Notes under the pieces: generated by a model | Seen by the model: the letters and a program-made list of their open reading frames with translations, nothing else | Told to the model about the DNA's origin: nothing | Database searches by the model: none | Part shown: in pieces, positions 42,910 to 53,764 of the stretch | Position numbering within the stretch: the stretch's first letter is position 1 | Layout of the letters: each line of letters opens with the position of its first letter | From: the human T2T-CHM13v2.0 reference genome, Homo sapiens | DNA length: 64,000 nt | Assembly (NCBI RefSeq): GCF_009914755.1 | Contig: NC_060937.1 | Reading direction: 5' to 3' (one strand) | Position numbers and translations under genes: made by a program

Positions 42910-43200
42910 CCTGCATTTGTTCATTCATTCATTCACATTCATTGACTTTTGATCATATCCCAGGTTATGAGCTGGACACCAGGGAATAGCAAGACATGGC
43001 TTCTGCCTTCAATAAGTTTGCAGTCTAGGAGAGGAGAAAGACAGGCAGACCAGCCATCACAGTGTGGTGCAATCGATTTCCTAACAGATGGGGGAGGAAT
43101 ATCAAAATCATTCCCAGAGTCAGGGTAAGCCACCCTGAGGAAATGATGCTTGAATTAAGGTTTGAAGGATGAAAAATCACTGGTCCTGTGAAGAAGGAGA
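42910..43200 (-). mobile_element. L2 3' end
   Basis: ttcattcattcattca...ctgccttcaataagtttgcagtctag...aggtttgaaggatga. Confidence 0.65.
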
Positions 43201-43648
43201 TAATGGCTGGGGTTCAAAGTGGTAGACTGGTAGAAGGAAGACCAGAAGAATGGGAAGGGCCAGCACCTTTATAGTACACCATACCCAACCAGTAGGCCTC
43301 TTACTGCTGTATTGTAATAGCCTTTTAACTGGCTTCCTTCACTGCAGTTCCTTCCCCTACAATGTATTCTGCACTCTACAACTGATTTTAAGACCCCAAA
43401 GCCTTTGTTCTCATCTATAGTTTCCCTCAGTTATGGAAGATACATATTATTCTGCCAGTGGAGATCCTGCTTGACTATGCCCCATCTCCCTTTCTCCCCT
43501 CATCTTCTCATCTAACCTATGGATTATATGCATCACCAAAGCTGGTCTATTGGCTGACCCTGCTTCTGTTATAGGAGTTATTAAGAAATTATTTTAGGCA
43601 GATAAAGAGGTAAAGGGGTCCTTGGGAAGTTTTTGTTTATTTTAAAGC

Positions 43649-43764
43649 AGCTCCAGGAACATTTCTTGTCTACCAGGAAAGCCCCAGCTCTTGCTGGGCT
43701 GGAAAGCTCCAGAAACATTTCTTGTCTACCAGGAAAGCCCCAGCTGTTGCTGGGCTGGAAAGCT
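43649..43764. repeat. 56-bp tandem duplication inside LTR U3
   Basis: agctccag(g/a)aacatttcttgtctaccaggaaagccccagct(c/g)ttgctgggctggaa at 43649 and 43705, 2 mismatches. Confidence 0.9.
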
Positions 43765-44048
43765 TTGATATGCAAATGCAGGCCATTAGAAACTGGGTCC
43801 ACCCAAACATGGCTCCCTTCATCCTCCTCTTGCCCTTGCCCCCACAGGTGCCTGGCAACATGGCTGCCCCCACATATCCCTATGTGTGTAGAACATCATG
43901 GCGCCCTGCATTTGCATATTAAAAGGATAGGGTGGGAGGGCCAGGTTTTTCCACTGGCTACATGAGTGACATGCCTGGTCAAACCAATCCCCTGAGCCCT
44001 ATGCAAATCAGACACCACCTCCTCCAGCTTCATCGTATAAGCAGCCAC

Positions 44049-44255
44049 TTATTATTTGTCAACAACATGCGAAAGGCTCTTTTCTTTATGACCCTGTGGG
44101 AGAGTTCAGAGGATCAGAGTATGGATATGTGGCCACAAGCATAAAAATCTAGTTCCCTGGATTGACCTTGAGCAATTAGTCTAATATCATTTCTTTACAT
44201 GACCTTAATGATTATTCAGTTACAAAATAATCTTTCCTTTGCTTAAGTTTGTAAG
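44049..44255 (+). repeat. left arm of 207-bp perfect inverted duplication (inserted copy)
   Basis: base-by-base identical to the reverse complement of 45906-46112; the same peptide tail appears in ORFs 43932..44144(+) and 46017..46220(-). Confidence 0.97.
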
Positions 44256-45029
44256 TTTGTAACTTTGCTTAAGTTTGTATTTCCTCTTGCACTAGGGTTT
44301 TCTCTTTGTTTGAGTCACCCCTCCCTCTGTCTCTATACAGGGGAGCTGTTTTCTTCTTCCTTGCTGCTCTCTTGCCTGTTAAACTTGTCGCTCCGCTCCT
44401 TAAAACCCCTCCACATGTGTCCATGTTAATCCTATCAGTGCAAGACCAAGAACCCTGGTGTTCCTCCAGCCATCGGAGCCGTAACACTTCTACTTTTTCC
44501 TTATTTTCTATTAATTACCCTAAAATATGCATGAAAGAGAGCAGAGATCGTTAAACATGCCAATTCCTTTCCCTAATCTCAAGTAAAATTTTTGCTGTAT
44601 TGTACCCAATCCCTAGTACCATCCTCCCGGTTCAGGAAAGAGACATTATTGTTTTCTTCCTCTCCCTGCACGATACTGTAAGTGTTCCCAGTGGATTTGT
44701 CTTCTCACTGTGTGTGCACACATACACACGCTCAAAGACGACTGCATGATTTCACCCATTTGTGTGGCTTCAATTACTACATAATGACTGGTGACTCTAA
44801 GACCCAAGAGCTCAAGCTGCATTTCCAGCTGTTCCCTAGACACACCACCTTATTTTTAGGAACACGTTTGAGACTAGAGTTAGTCTTGCTTTTCAGCTCG
44901 AAGGAAATAGGTTTATGCACATGTGTGTTGGTGTGTGTGGACATCTCTAATTTGATGAAAATGGATTCATCCACCACTGTTCACCCAGGAATAATGGTCA
45001 TCAGTGGCAACTGTGTCCTGAGAACATAA

Positions 45030-45250
45030 TGCTGCACATTTTCTCTCTCCTATCTCATATAATACCCATAACAACCCTGTGTGGTAGGCATGATTGTTAT
45101 CCTAATTTTATTAATAACTAATTAGTCTTAAAGAGACTAACTTATTATTTCCTCAAGGTCATGTACCTCATATTTAGCAGAATCAAGTCAAAAACACAGG
45201 TCTAATTATATTTCAAAATCCTTGTTTTTAAATGTTGCACCATACTGCTC
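45030..45250 (-). mobile_element. MIR SINE
   Basis: ataacaaccctgtgtggtaggcatgattgttatcctaatttta...ctcaaggtca. Confidence 0.6.
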
Positions 45251-45905
45251 TCTCAAATATCTGTGCTATTTTTTGTTTGTTGGTTTATTTTGAAGCATTC
45301 AGAAGTGATCTCTGTTCATCTTATTCTAACTCCTATGGGTAAATATGTTGTTTATCTTCCTGTTTTGCCAACTAGAAACTAGAGCACAAGGAATATGAGG
45401 AGGGGTTTTTGAAGTCAGCGTGTTGACACAGTGAATGCCAGAACCAGGAGTTAAATGCAAATTTAGGAACGTACATGATATGGCATCATGAAATAGCACA
45501 GACTACAGAAATAAAATAAAAACAAAATGACTCTAACTTCTTATATATTTGAATTTTCATAAACTTGGAAGACTATAATATTGATAGAAAAAAGTATTTA
45601 TTTGATCAAATACAGTTTTTCTAAGCTCACAGAAGCAAGGACAATTCTCAAAAGAATTGAGAGAGCTTGCCTTTTTCTTTTCACTATTATTTTTGCGTGG
45701 GCATTCTTAGGAAATATTTACTTTGAGTACATTATAAAGCCACAATTTTTTATGATCTGTCATCTGTGATGACAAAATGAAATATTACTGCAAAATTTCT
45801 TTTTTCCCTAAAATGACAGCTAACAGCTGAGACAGCTCCCACGAAAAGGCAGATAACCCAGACTTTAAATGTCAGAAAAAGCAAAAAACTAACTTATGAA
45901 AATGC

Positions 45906-46112
45906 CTTACAAACTTAAGCAAAGGAAAGATTATTTTGTAACTGAATAATCATTAAGGTCATGTAAAGAAATGATATTAGACTAATTGCTCAAGGTCAAT
46001 CCAGGGAACTAGATTTTTATGCTTGTGGCCACATATCCATACTCTGATCCTCTGAACTCTCCCACAGGGTCATAAAGAAAAGAGCCTTTCGCATGTTGTT
46101 GACAAATAATAA
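45906..46112 (-). repeat. right arm (probable donor) of 207-bp perfect inverted duplication
   Basis: identical to the reverse complement of 44049-44255; embedded in apparently unique sequence without a junction scar. Confidence 0.97.
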
Positions 46113-47108
46113 TAAAAAAGTATCTAAAGAAGTAACCCAAATGAAAAAATAACAGAAAGATGATAAAATGATAAATGCTGGAGTTGAAGAAACTTCTGTC
46201 GTGTTGGGTGTAAAAGTCATTTATGGAAAAAGTTTCTAGTTATTTTCAAAGACTGGTGCAGTGTGTCATAATTTTCTCCCAGAAATGACAGAGTCAAAAA
46301 ATGTACTTAGTAGCTAAATATAGTACTTTATCAGCATTTGCATTATTTCTGTTCCCAAAGGAAAAACTATTAAATTTCCCCAACTTAATACCCTTTGCCA
46401 TCTATTGCTTCCAGAACATTCCAGACAAGTGCTGGTTGAACCAGTTGTGCTTGTTCCTTGGATTTCAGCCAAATGTCCAGTCACTAGTTGATGCTTTTGA
46501 CATTCTAGGCTGGGACTGAGAGTCTCTGTTGACTTCTATTCTTGTGTGATTATTCAGACTGCTATGGGCTAAGGCCCGAAGCCATGGCAAGTTGCCCCTG
46601 CTGCTTCAGGAATGACACCTCACTCAGAGCTAGTTGTCTTATGAGTTCTCAGCCACCATTTTCAATACAGCTTAATAGATAACTCTACAGCTTTGCATAC
46701 AGTTTGTAACCAAATTATCCTTAGATAAGATGTTTTGTACTTCCTGACTCTCATTTTAAAGTCTTGTCTGTCTATTTTGATTCTTATACACACAGTCCCA
46801 TTATGCTGTATGCAATATCATGTTATCAATTTGACATGTGTTTTAAGAAGAGGTGGCAAAATTTTTCTTGAAAGCTGTTCTTGAGTCTTTTCTTAGAAAT
46901 ACTGAATTTAGATACTGACTAATAAATAAAAACCCTCAATGTCCTTTCTAAAGTAGTTTGGGACCTAGAACTGAAAGAAATGTTGTAAAAGTTGTTATAA
47001 TGTAAAATTAGCGAGGTAACATTTGATTGAAACATCTTTCTAAAACAATCATCAAATCAAATTAAATATGGAATGTAAGAATTCAATTTCACAAAAGCTT
47101 AAGTTTTG

Positions 47109-47476
47109 GGCACATATACACCATGGAATACTATGCAGCCACAAAAAACGATGAGTTCATGTCCTTTGCAGGGACATGGATGAAGCTGGAAACCATCATC
47201 CTGAGCAAACTATCACAAGACAGAAAACCAAACACTGCATGTTCTCACTCATAGGTGGGAATTGAACAATGAGAACACTTGGACACAGGGCGGGGAATAT
47301 CACACATAGGGGCCTGTCATGGGGTGGGGGGGCAGGGGGAGGGATACCATTAGGAGAAATACTTAACATAAATGACGAGTTAATGGGTGCAGCAAACCAA
47401 CGTGGCACATGTATACCTATGTAACAAACCTGCACGTTGTGCACATGTACCCTAGAACTTAAAGTATAATAATAAT
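47109..47476 (+). mobile_element. L1PA (PA6-like) 3' end
   Basis: ggcacatatacaccatggaatactatgcagcc...G-rich tract...ccctagaacttaaagtataat. Confidence 0.92.
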
Positions 47477-48402
47477 TTTTTAAAAATTATCTTTCATAGT
47501 TAATTATCACTTCATAGCTAAAATGTCAGTCATGATGCTGATACATGAAATTCTTGCTACCTGAGTTTAGAAAACAATCACCTGAATAGCTATGGTCATT
47601 AAAAAGAAAAAGTGAGTCCTCACATGTAATTGATGCACACTGCTTATACACATTAGGTTAGTGATTACTATTGTTTTTCCTATTTGATTCATTTGGGAAA
47701 TTTGACCAATGGTAGCAAATTTCTCCTTAGAAAGTTTCTCATTTGAAATTGACCTTATCTTTTTTCAAAGATAGTGGAGTTCCATGGGCTAATCAGCAGT
47801 TCAAGCCATTATCTCCCAATTCCAAAGTCAATCACTTGTGATTCTGCTACCAAAACTCTCTGGTTTCCAGCCGTGGAAAGCTCATCCTCTGAGGGGAATC
47901 TTTCTTTACTGCCTCAGGGAAAACGTGAAGCTGACTTAGTTCTGGAGGCCTCCCTTTGTGGCCTTCATAGCAACATGGCAACAGAAGTTAATCATAAAAT
48001 GCAGACCACATGGTCAATTTCTAACCAAGAGAGATGAATTCATTTGAGAAGTTCAAACTAGACATACCCCTAGCTACTGATACAGTAAATAGCAGGATTT
48101 AGTCACATTTAATTCATCAAGGCAAAATGATGACAACCATTTATCAAGAAACATCTATGTTATGGATGTTGTGTACACATCGTCTGGAATTTTCAAGACA
48201 TTTTATTAAAGCACTTGGTATTACACCTTCTTCATATATGGGCAGATAGGGTCAGAAAGGTATAAGTAACTCGCTCAAAATCACATCTTTGTCACATCTA
48301 GTGACTTGTCGAGGTAGGATTTAGTCCCAGGACTGGATTGATACAAAGGCCAACCTCACAAACACTCCTGATCACACCTCAAAATTTAAGTGGTTAGATG
48401 GT

Positions 48403-48439
48403 TATATAGTTAGGGTTTTCTTCAGAAGCAGAATATGAG

Positions 48440-48483
<44 letters not shown>

Positions 48484-48882
48484 TGTGTGTGTATATAATA
48501 TATATACATAGTGTGTATGTATGTGTATATATATATAGTATGTGTATATACATATATATATTGTGTGTGTGTTTAGAGAGAGAATAGTTTAACAAATTGG
48601 CTCGTAGAATCTATAGAGCAGGCTGAAGACCCAGGGAAAGTTTGCCATCTGGAGGCAGAATTCCTCCTTCCTCAAGGGTAGGTTTGTCTTTTCTCTTAAG
48701 GCCTTCAACTGATTGAATGAGGCCCACTCACATGATGGAGGGGAACGTACTTTACCCAAAGGTTACATAGTTAAGTGTAAATCTCATCTAAAACGTATCT
48801 TTTCAGAAACATCTACATTGGTGCTTAACCCAAAATTCTGTACCATGGCCTAGCCAATTGGACACATAAAATTCATTATCAC
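48403..48882 (-). mobile_element. MLT2 (B/C/D-like) ERVL solo LTR
   Basis: aaggccttcaactgattgaatgaggcccac...tggcctagccaattggacacataaaattcattatcaca. Confidence 0.8.
48441..48572. repeat. (TG)20 microsatellite followed by degenerate (TA/TG)n
   Basis: uninterrupted TG at 48441-48480. Confidence 0.95.
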
Positions 48883-50879
48883 AATGTAGTAAAATGTCAA
48901 GAGTCTGATTGGTAATTGATGGTTTGGGGGTCTTTCCAAGGTTCTATGATTTCATTGTTCTACACATGAAGGGAAATGCTGGAGTGGATGATTATAACCA
49001 AAGGAGACACATAAGTGTCCTCAAAGAGTTCACTATCAAATAAGGCAATTGATATGCGCATGAAGAAGTTGTATTAAAGGTAAAGTTCATGCAGTGGCTT
49101 TCTTGATCTCTTATAAATAGATTGTGGACATTTGCCAATGGTTTTCGGTCTTCACCCTTTCCTGAGCTATAGCTGCTGGCCATTTTTCAGGATAAGGAAG
49201 CAGAGATCACAAAGGTCAGTACCATAAGTCAGTATGACTGAGGGTGAACTGAGAAGTGTTATCTCCCTCCCCATCCTTTTCCTGCTGTCTCAGTTTCTGC
49301 CTCTGTTTTGCGAGTCCAGTGCAGTTGGTTCAAATGAATGATTCTGGGCATGCAGTCAACATTTGTGTGTAACTCCGCCCTAGATTTCTAGTGGAGCGGC
49401 AGAGCTACTTAGTGGTCGAATAGGGACCCTCCTCTTTTAGACCGTATGATTTCATTGTCCGCTCAGTTCCAGGCAGAGAACCTGGGGCGTGGTTAGTGGG
49501 GAAGAAGATATTGCTAAGAGGAGATCAACTCTACCAACCCTGGTACAGCTGATGAGACCAACATCTCAGACAGTTGTTATTCATATCCGTGATCTAACAT
49601 TGACCTGTTGTGCCTCCAGTGAAAAGCGTTTTGCTTGTTGTCTGGGACCCCATGAAGAAACCTAATCTGAGAGTAACACTGCGTGTGAAGTGTAAAGTCA
49701 ATTTACAGCAAATATGATTAATATGCTCCCCTACCCTTGCCTGCTCCAAAATTATTCTTCCAGGAAATCTCATTAATGGTTGAAAAAAAAAGATTCTCTT
49801 TTATTTCTAACCAAATGTATTGTGCCACCTGCTTTACAGCCCCTTTATCTTGCTGAAGGTCTCAAATCATGACCTGAAGAACAACAACATTTTATTAGTA
49901 AAGCTTTTTATACACATTCTTAATTTACTTTAAAAATGAATAAGCCATTAAAAACCAGACCAGTGTACTGAAAAAATAAATCAGCCATCAGCACCTTAGA
50001 GTTTCTAATGTAAAGATAAGATTTTAAAAACCAAGTTACTTAAAAATCTGAACAGAAAATTCACACCTGCAGATCATCTTAGAAATGTGCAAAATGCAGA
50101 CACATTTTTAACAAATATAGAAATAACATCCACACATTGGAAATAGAAACTGAGAAACATGAAATCTTACAAACTTGCAATAAACTTTTGAAATGAAAAA
50201 ATTAAATGGCCCCCCAAAGAACAGATCAGTGACTTCTAATCATTCTAATGCTAAGTTGGGAAGACATTTACTATTTTTTCTAACACATTAATTTTTATCT
50301 GAAGATGTTTCAAAAAAATCACTTGACTGAAAATATAAATTTAAAACATTAACGGTTTTACTTAGTAGGAAGGCTTTGGTTTTGCTAACTGCTGTACTGA
50401 ACTTGAATGATGAGATTAATTATGTTATTGGATTATTCCACTGTTAACCCTCCTCTAACTTGTGAAGAGGAACTGCCCTCATGAAGATTATATTAGAAGT
50501 ATTGGGTGCTTTACAGTAACAAGCAAGAAACAATTAGAAAGCAATATATGATCAAGTATTAAGTGGTATGATAAAGTCTCCAAACATAGCAGACGTCTAG
50601 ACAGAGAGGACACTGGAACCAGCCAGGGGGATATCATGACAAATTAAAAATCTTCCTAAGGGAAATGAAGTGTGCATTTGACTAGACTGGCATGTACAGA
50701 TACAGCAGCAAACTTCATGGTTATTAGCTTGTCCGTAAATAGCAAGTAGATTTAAAAGATGCCTCTTCAACTTTTCGAAATGTTAATCTGTATTCTATGG
50801 TTTGATAATGTTAACCTAACAATGAACACTGTGGTCACCCAAATAAAATTTATGGAAAAACTATAAGTAATCTTCACTA

Positions 50880-51780
50880 CTTCTGTCATAAACCATAAAA
50901 TTAAAAAATCCAATCAGCCAGCAAGTCCAATTCATCACTCTTACCCAAGTATCTTTCATCTGGCATCTACTGTTCATTCCCATGGTCGCTGCCACAGTTC
51001 ATGCTGAGGCTGGCCAACCGCCTGACCCCGGGGGGCTGTGTTCATCTTTGTTCTAGCAAATGGTTCTCATGGGGTCTGTGTGAAGGGAGCATGGGGTGTG
51101 CGGAGCCCGGCCCTGATTCTTGTCCTTACTGTCCCTTCCTTGGGTTCTTGTCACTGTTCTATCTGGTCCCTTCTTTTATGTTTTGTTTTGTTTAAAATCC
51201 CCTTCTTGCTAAACTGACAAAATAACTATCTTTCAGAAGCAGAAATGTGACTCTACCATTCCTCTGTTCTGATTTCTTACATCATTCCTTCCTTCCTTCA
51301 TTTATTCAATCATCATAACCTGCCATATTCCCAAATACACACAGTTCATATAAGAACTTTCCAAAATAACCTTTGAATTACTTGTCCTAGCTTTTTAACT
51401 CCATTTCAACAAATATTTGATTATGACACGCCAGGAATTTTGGCAGACCCAGGAAGAGTCAGCGCCATCTTTATGGACCCCCTTCCACCTCTCCTAAACT
51501 CCCAGCTGCTCCTTAGCTTAGATATTACGCTCCAGCATTTTTGAAGAATCCACAGCAATTGCCAATAACCTATCATGCTGTTCTCTGACTGTCAGCATTA
51601 ACACATGCCAGTAGCTCTGCCTAAAGTTTCTTTTCTCCATCTTTTATCGTTCAAGACCCACTGGAATGTCTACAATGTTAAGCTGCAGGAGGGCTGTTTG
51701 TTCACTGATGGATCCCAAGCACTTAGGACAGTGCCTGGCACATAGCAGACATTCAATGAATGAATGTATGAATGAAGGCC
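50880..51780 (+). mobile_element. L2 fragments
   Basis: atccaatcagccagcaagtcc; tgttcactgatggatcccaagcacttaggacagtgcctggcacatag...aatgaatgaatg. Confidence 0.6.
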
Positions 51781-52534
51781 CAGATTATATAGCTTCCTCT
51801 GGGAAGCACAGGACATTTCCTAGAACAGATAGCAGGGTGGTATTGCGGAGGTGATTCAGGGGATCCTAGGGGGTTCCCATCCAAGAGTGAGCAGACCAGC
51901 TACCAGCAGCTTTCCCAGGAAACCTTTCCTGCAGAGAAACTCCTCAACGAAGAAAGAAATGGGAAGGCTGGCAAGTGGAGTTCTGGAAGTGGAGTACGCT
52001 GGGCTTCAGATGTGCCAATCTTGTAAAAATGTGCACTTCTTGTTTGTTTACTTTTTAAAATTTCACTCATGTATGACTAGACTTCTCATGATTCACACAA
52101 AACACGTTTATCTTCCATATGTGGGATGTATGCATGTGATACATTTCAAATGAAATGAAATGTGAGGAAACGGTAAAACAAACTTCCAACAATGTCAGGA
52201 AAGGCTCAAACCCATGACAAATGAAGTTCATGAAAAATAACAGGTCTTTTTTTAAAATTTGTTTATTTGAAGCAACAAGAACAAAGCAAGCACAGGCCTT
52301 TGGGAAATATGATGTAATGTTGGCCAAAGGGAAACTTTGCAGTTCCATTTGGCCCCAAACTGTAAAGGGTAGGAAAAATCTAATGGAAAAAAACACCACT
52401 CAAGTTAGTTGCAAAGAATATTTGAATCAAAAGACACCCAGTTAATATAAGTTCAAAACTCTGTGTCCATGAGATTACATCCAAATGTGTTAAATAAGTT
52501 TCTGTAGTCTCAAAAAAATTGTTTACAATTTTAA

Positions 52535-52690
52535 AAATGTGTTCTCAACACAAATAAAAGATAAATGAGGTGATGAATATTCCAATTGCTCTGATTTAAT
52601 CATTACACTTTGTATACGGGTATCAAAATATCACATATACCCCAAAATATGCACAACTATTATATACTAATTTAAAAAGAAAATAATAAA
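52535..52690 (+). mobile_element. L1MA 3' end
   Basis: ttctcaacacaaataaaagataaatgaggtgatg...tcattacac...tatcaaaatatcacatatacccc plus A-rich tail. Confidence 0.8.
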
Positions 52691-52779
52691 GATAAATATA
52701 TATGAATGATATGATGGGTTTTTAAATTTTATTATTTTTTGGCTGGAGAATGGCAACTATTGCAAATCTTCTGGAATTT

Positions 52780-52831
52780 CTAGAAACTATAGACTGTTAT
52801 GAAACTATAGACAACAGTCTATAGTTTCTAG
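52780..52831. repeat. perfect 19-bp inverted repeat with an internal direct copy
   Basis: ctagaaactatagactgtt / aacagtctatagtttctag; loop atgaaactatagac. Confidence 0.9.
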
Positions 52832-53441
52832 TAATTTCGCCAAAATAATATAACGAACTCTTTTCAGGGGATTGGTTGTGAGTAATTACAAAACAATCTG
52901 GTGATTCTAGATTTACTAAGAATATCTCATGTCTGACCAGACCAATTTAAAATTTTTTGTTAGAATCTCAAGGCACATTCTTCTTATGTACAAGATGCCA
53001 GTGACAGTTACCTTCATAGCAGTGTGACTGTAATGTTGAAATGCTAAAGGAATAGAAGATACTGGGACATCACAAAGAATTATGACATCTGGATTCCATA
53101 GGAAAAGTTCAGAAATTCGACATCCTTAGAACAATCTTTTTCAAGAGGTTTATTAATAGCTAAAATGAAGGCATAAAAGAGAAGCAAATCTATTGTATGT
53201 TGACAAATTTTTTGAGAAATATCTAATATACTGTACTGCAAAATATTTTTATTACATCTCCGATAACCTAAAATAAATTCTTAACATTGAGGTTTATAAT
53301 TTAGTTCAGATTATCTGGGATACAATAAAGGCATATTTGGGGGAAAATGTTCAATTAATCATGCTAGGTGACAAATAATAAAATTTCTAAGCATTTGAAA
53401 GACTAGTTGGGTATTATTTTCTTTATATTAAGACATTCATG

Positions 53442-53764
<323 letters not shown>

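Larger units (their letters stand above)
43567..44486 (+). mobile_element. ERV1 solo LTR (MER83/MER84-like) carrying a ~230-bp foreign insertion
   Basis: TGTTA...TAACA termini, perfect 4-bp TSD cttc (43563-43566, 44487-44490); octamer, CCAAT and TATA-like U3 motifs. Confidence 0.85.
52300..53400 (+). mobile_element. possible L3/CR1 LINE relic, interrupted by L1MA
   Basis: aagttcaaaactctgtgtccatgagattacatccaaatgtgttaaa and ttattaatagctaaaatgaaggcat resemble CR1 RT-region motifs. Confidence 0.4.

Noticed and set aside
43932-46220. Two ORFs sharing the peptide LLFVNNMRKALFFMTLWESSEDQSMDMWPQA
   Set aside because: A by-product of the inverted duplication; no evidence of a real duplicated gene.
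47320-47345. G-quadruplex-like G-tracts
   Set aside because: Standard feature of the L1PA 3'UTR, not locus-specific.
48640-48660. CTCF-like motif (minus strand cctccagatggca) in the MLT2 LTR
   Set aside because: Single partial motif match; cannot be supported without binding data.
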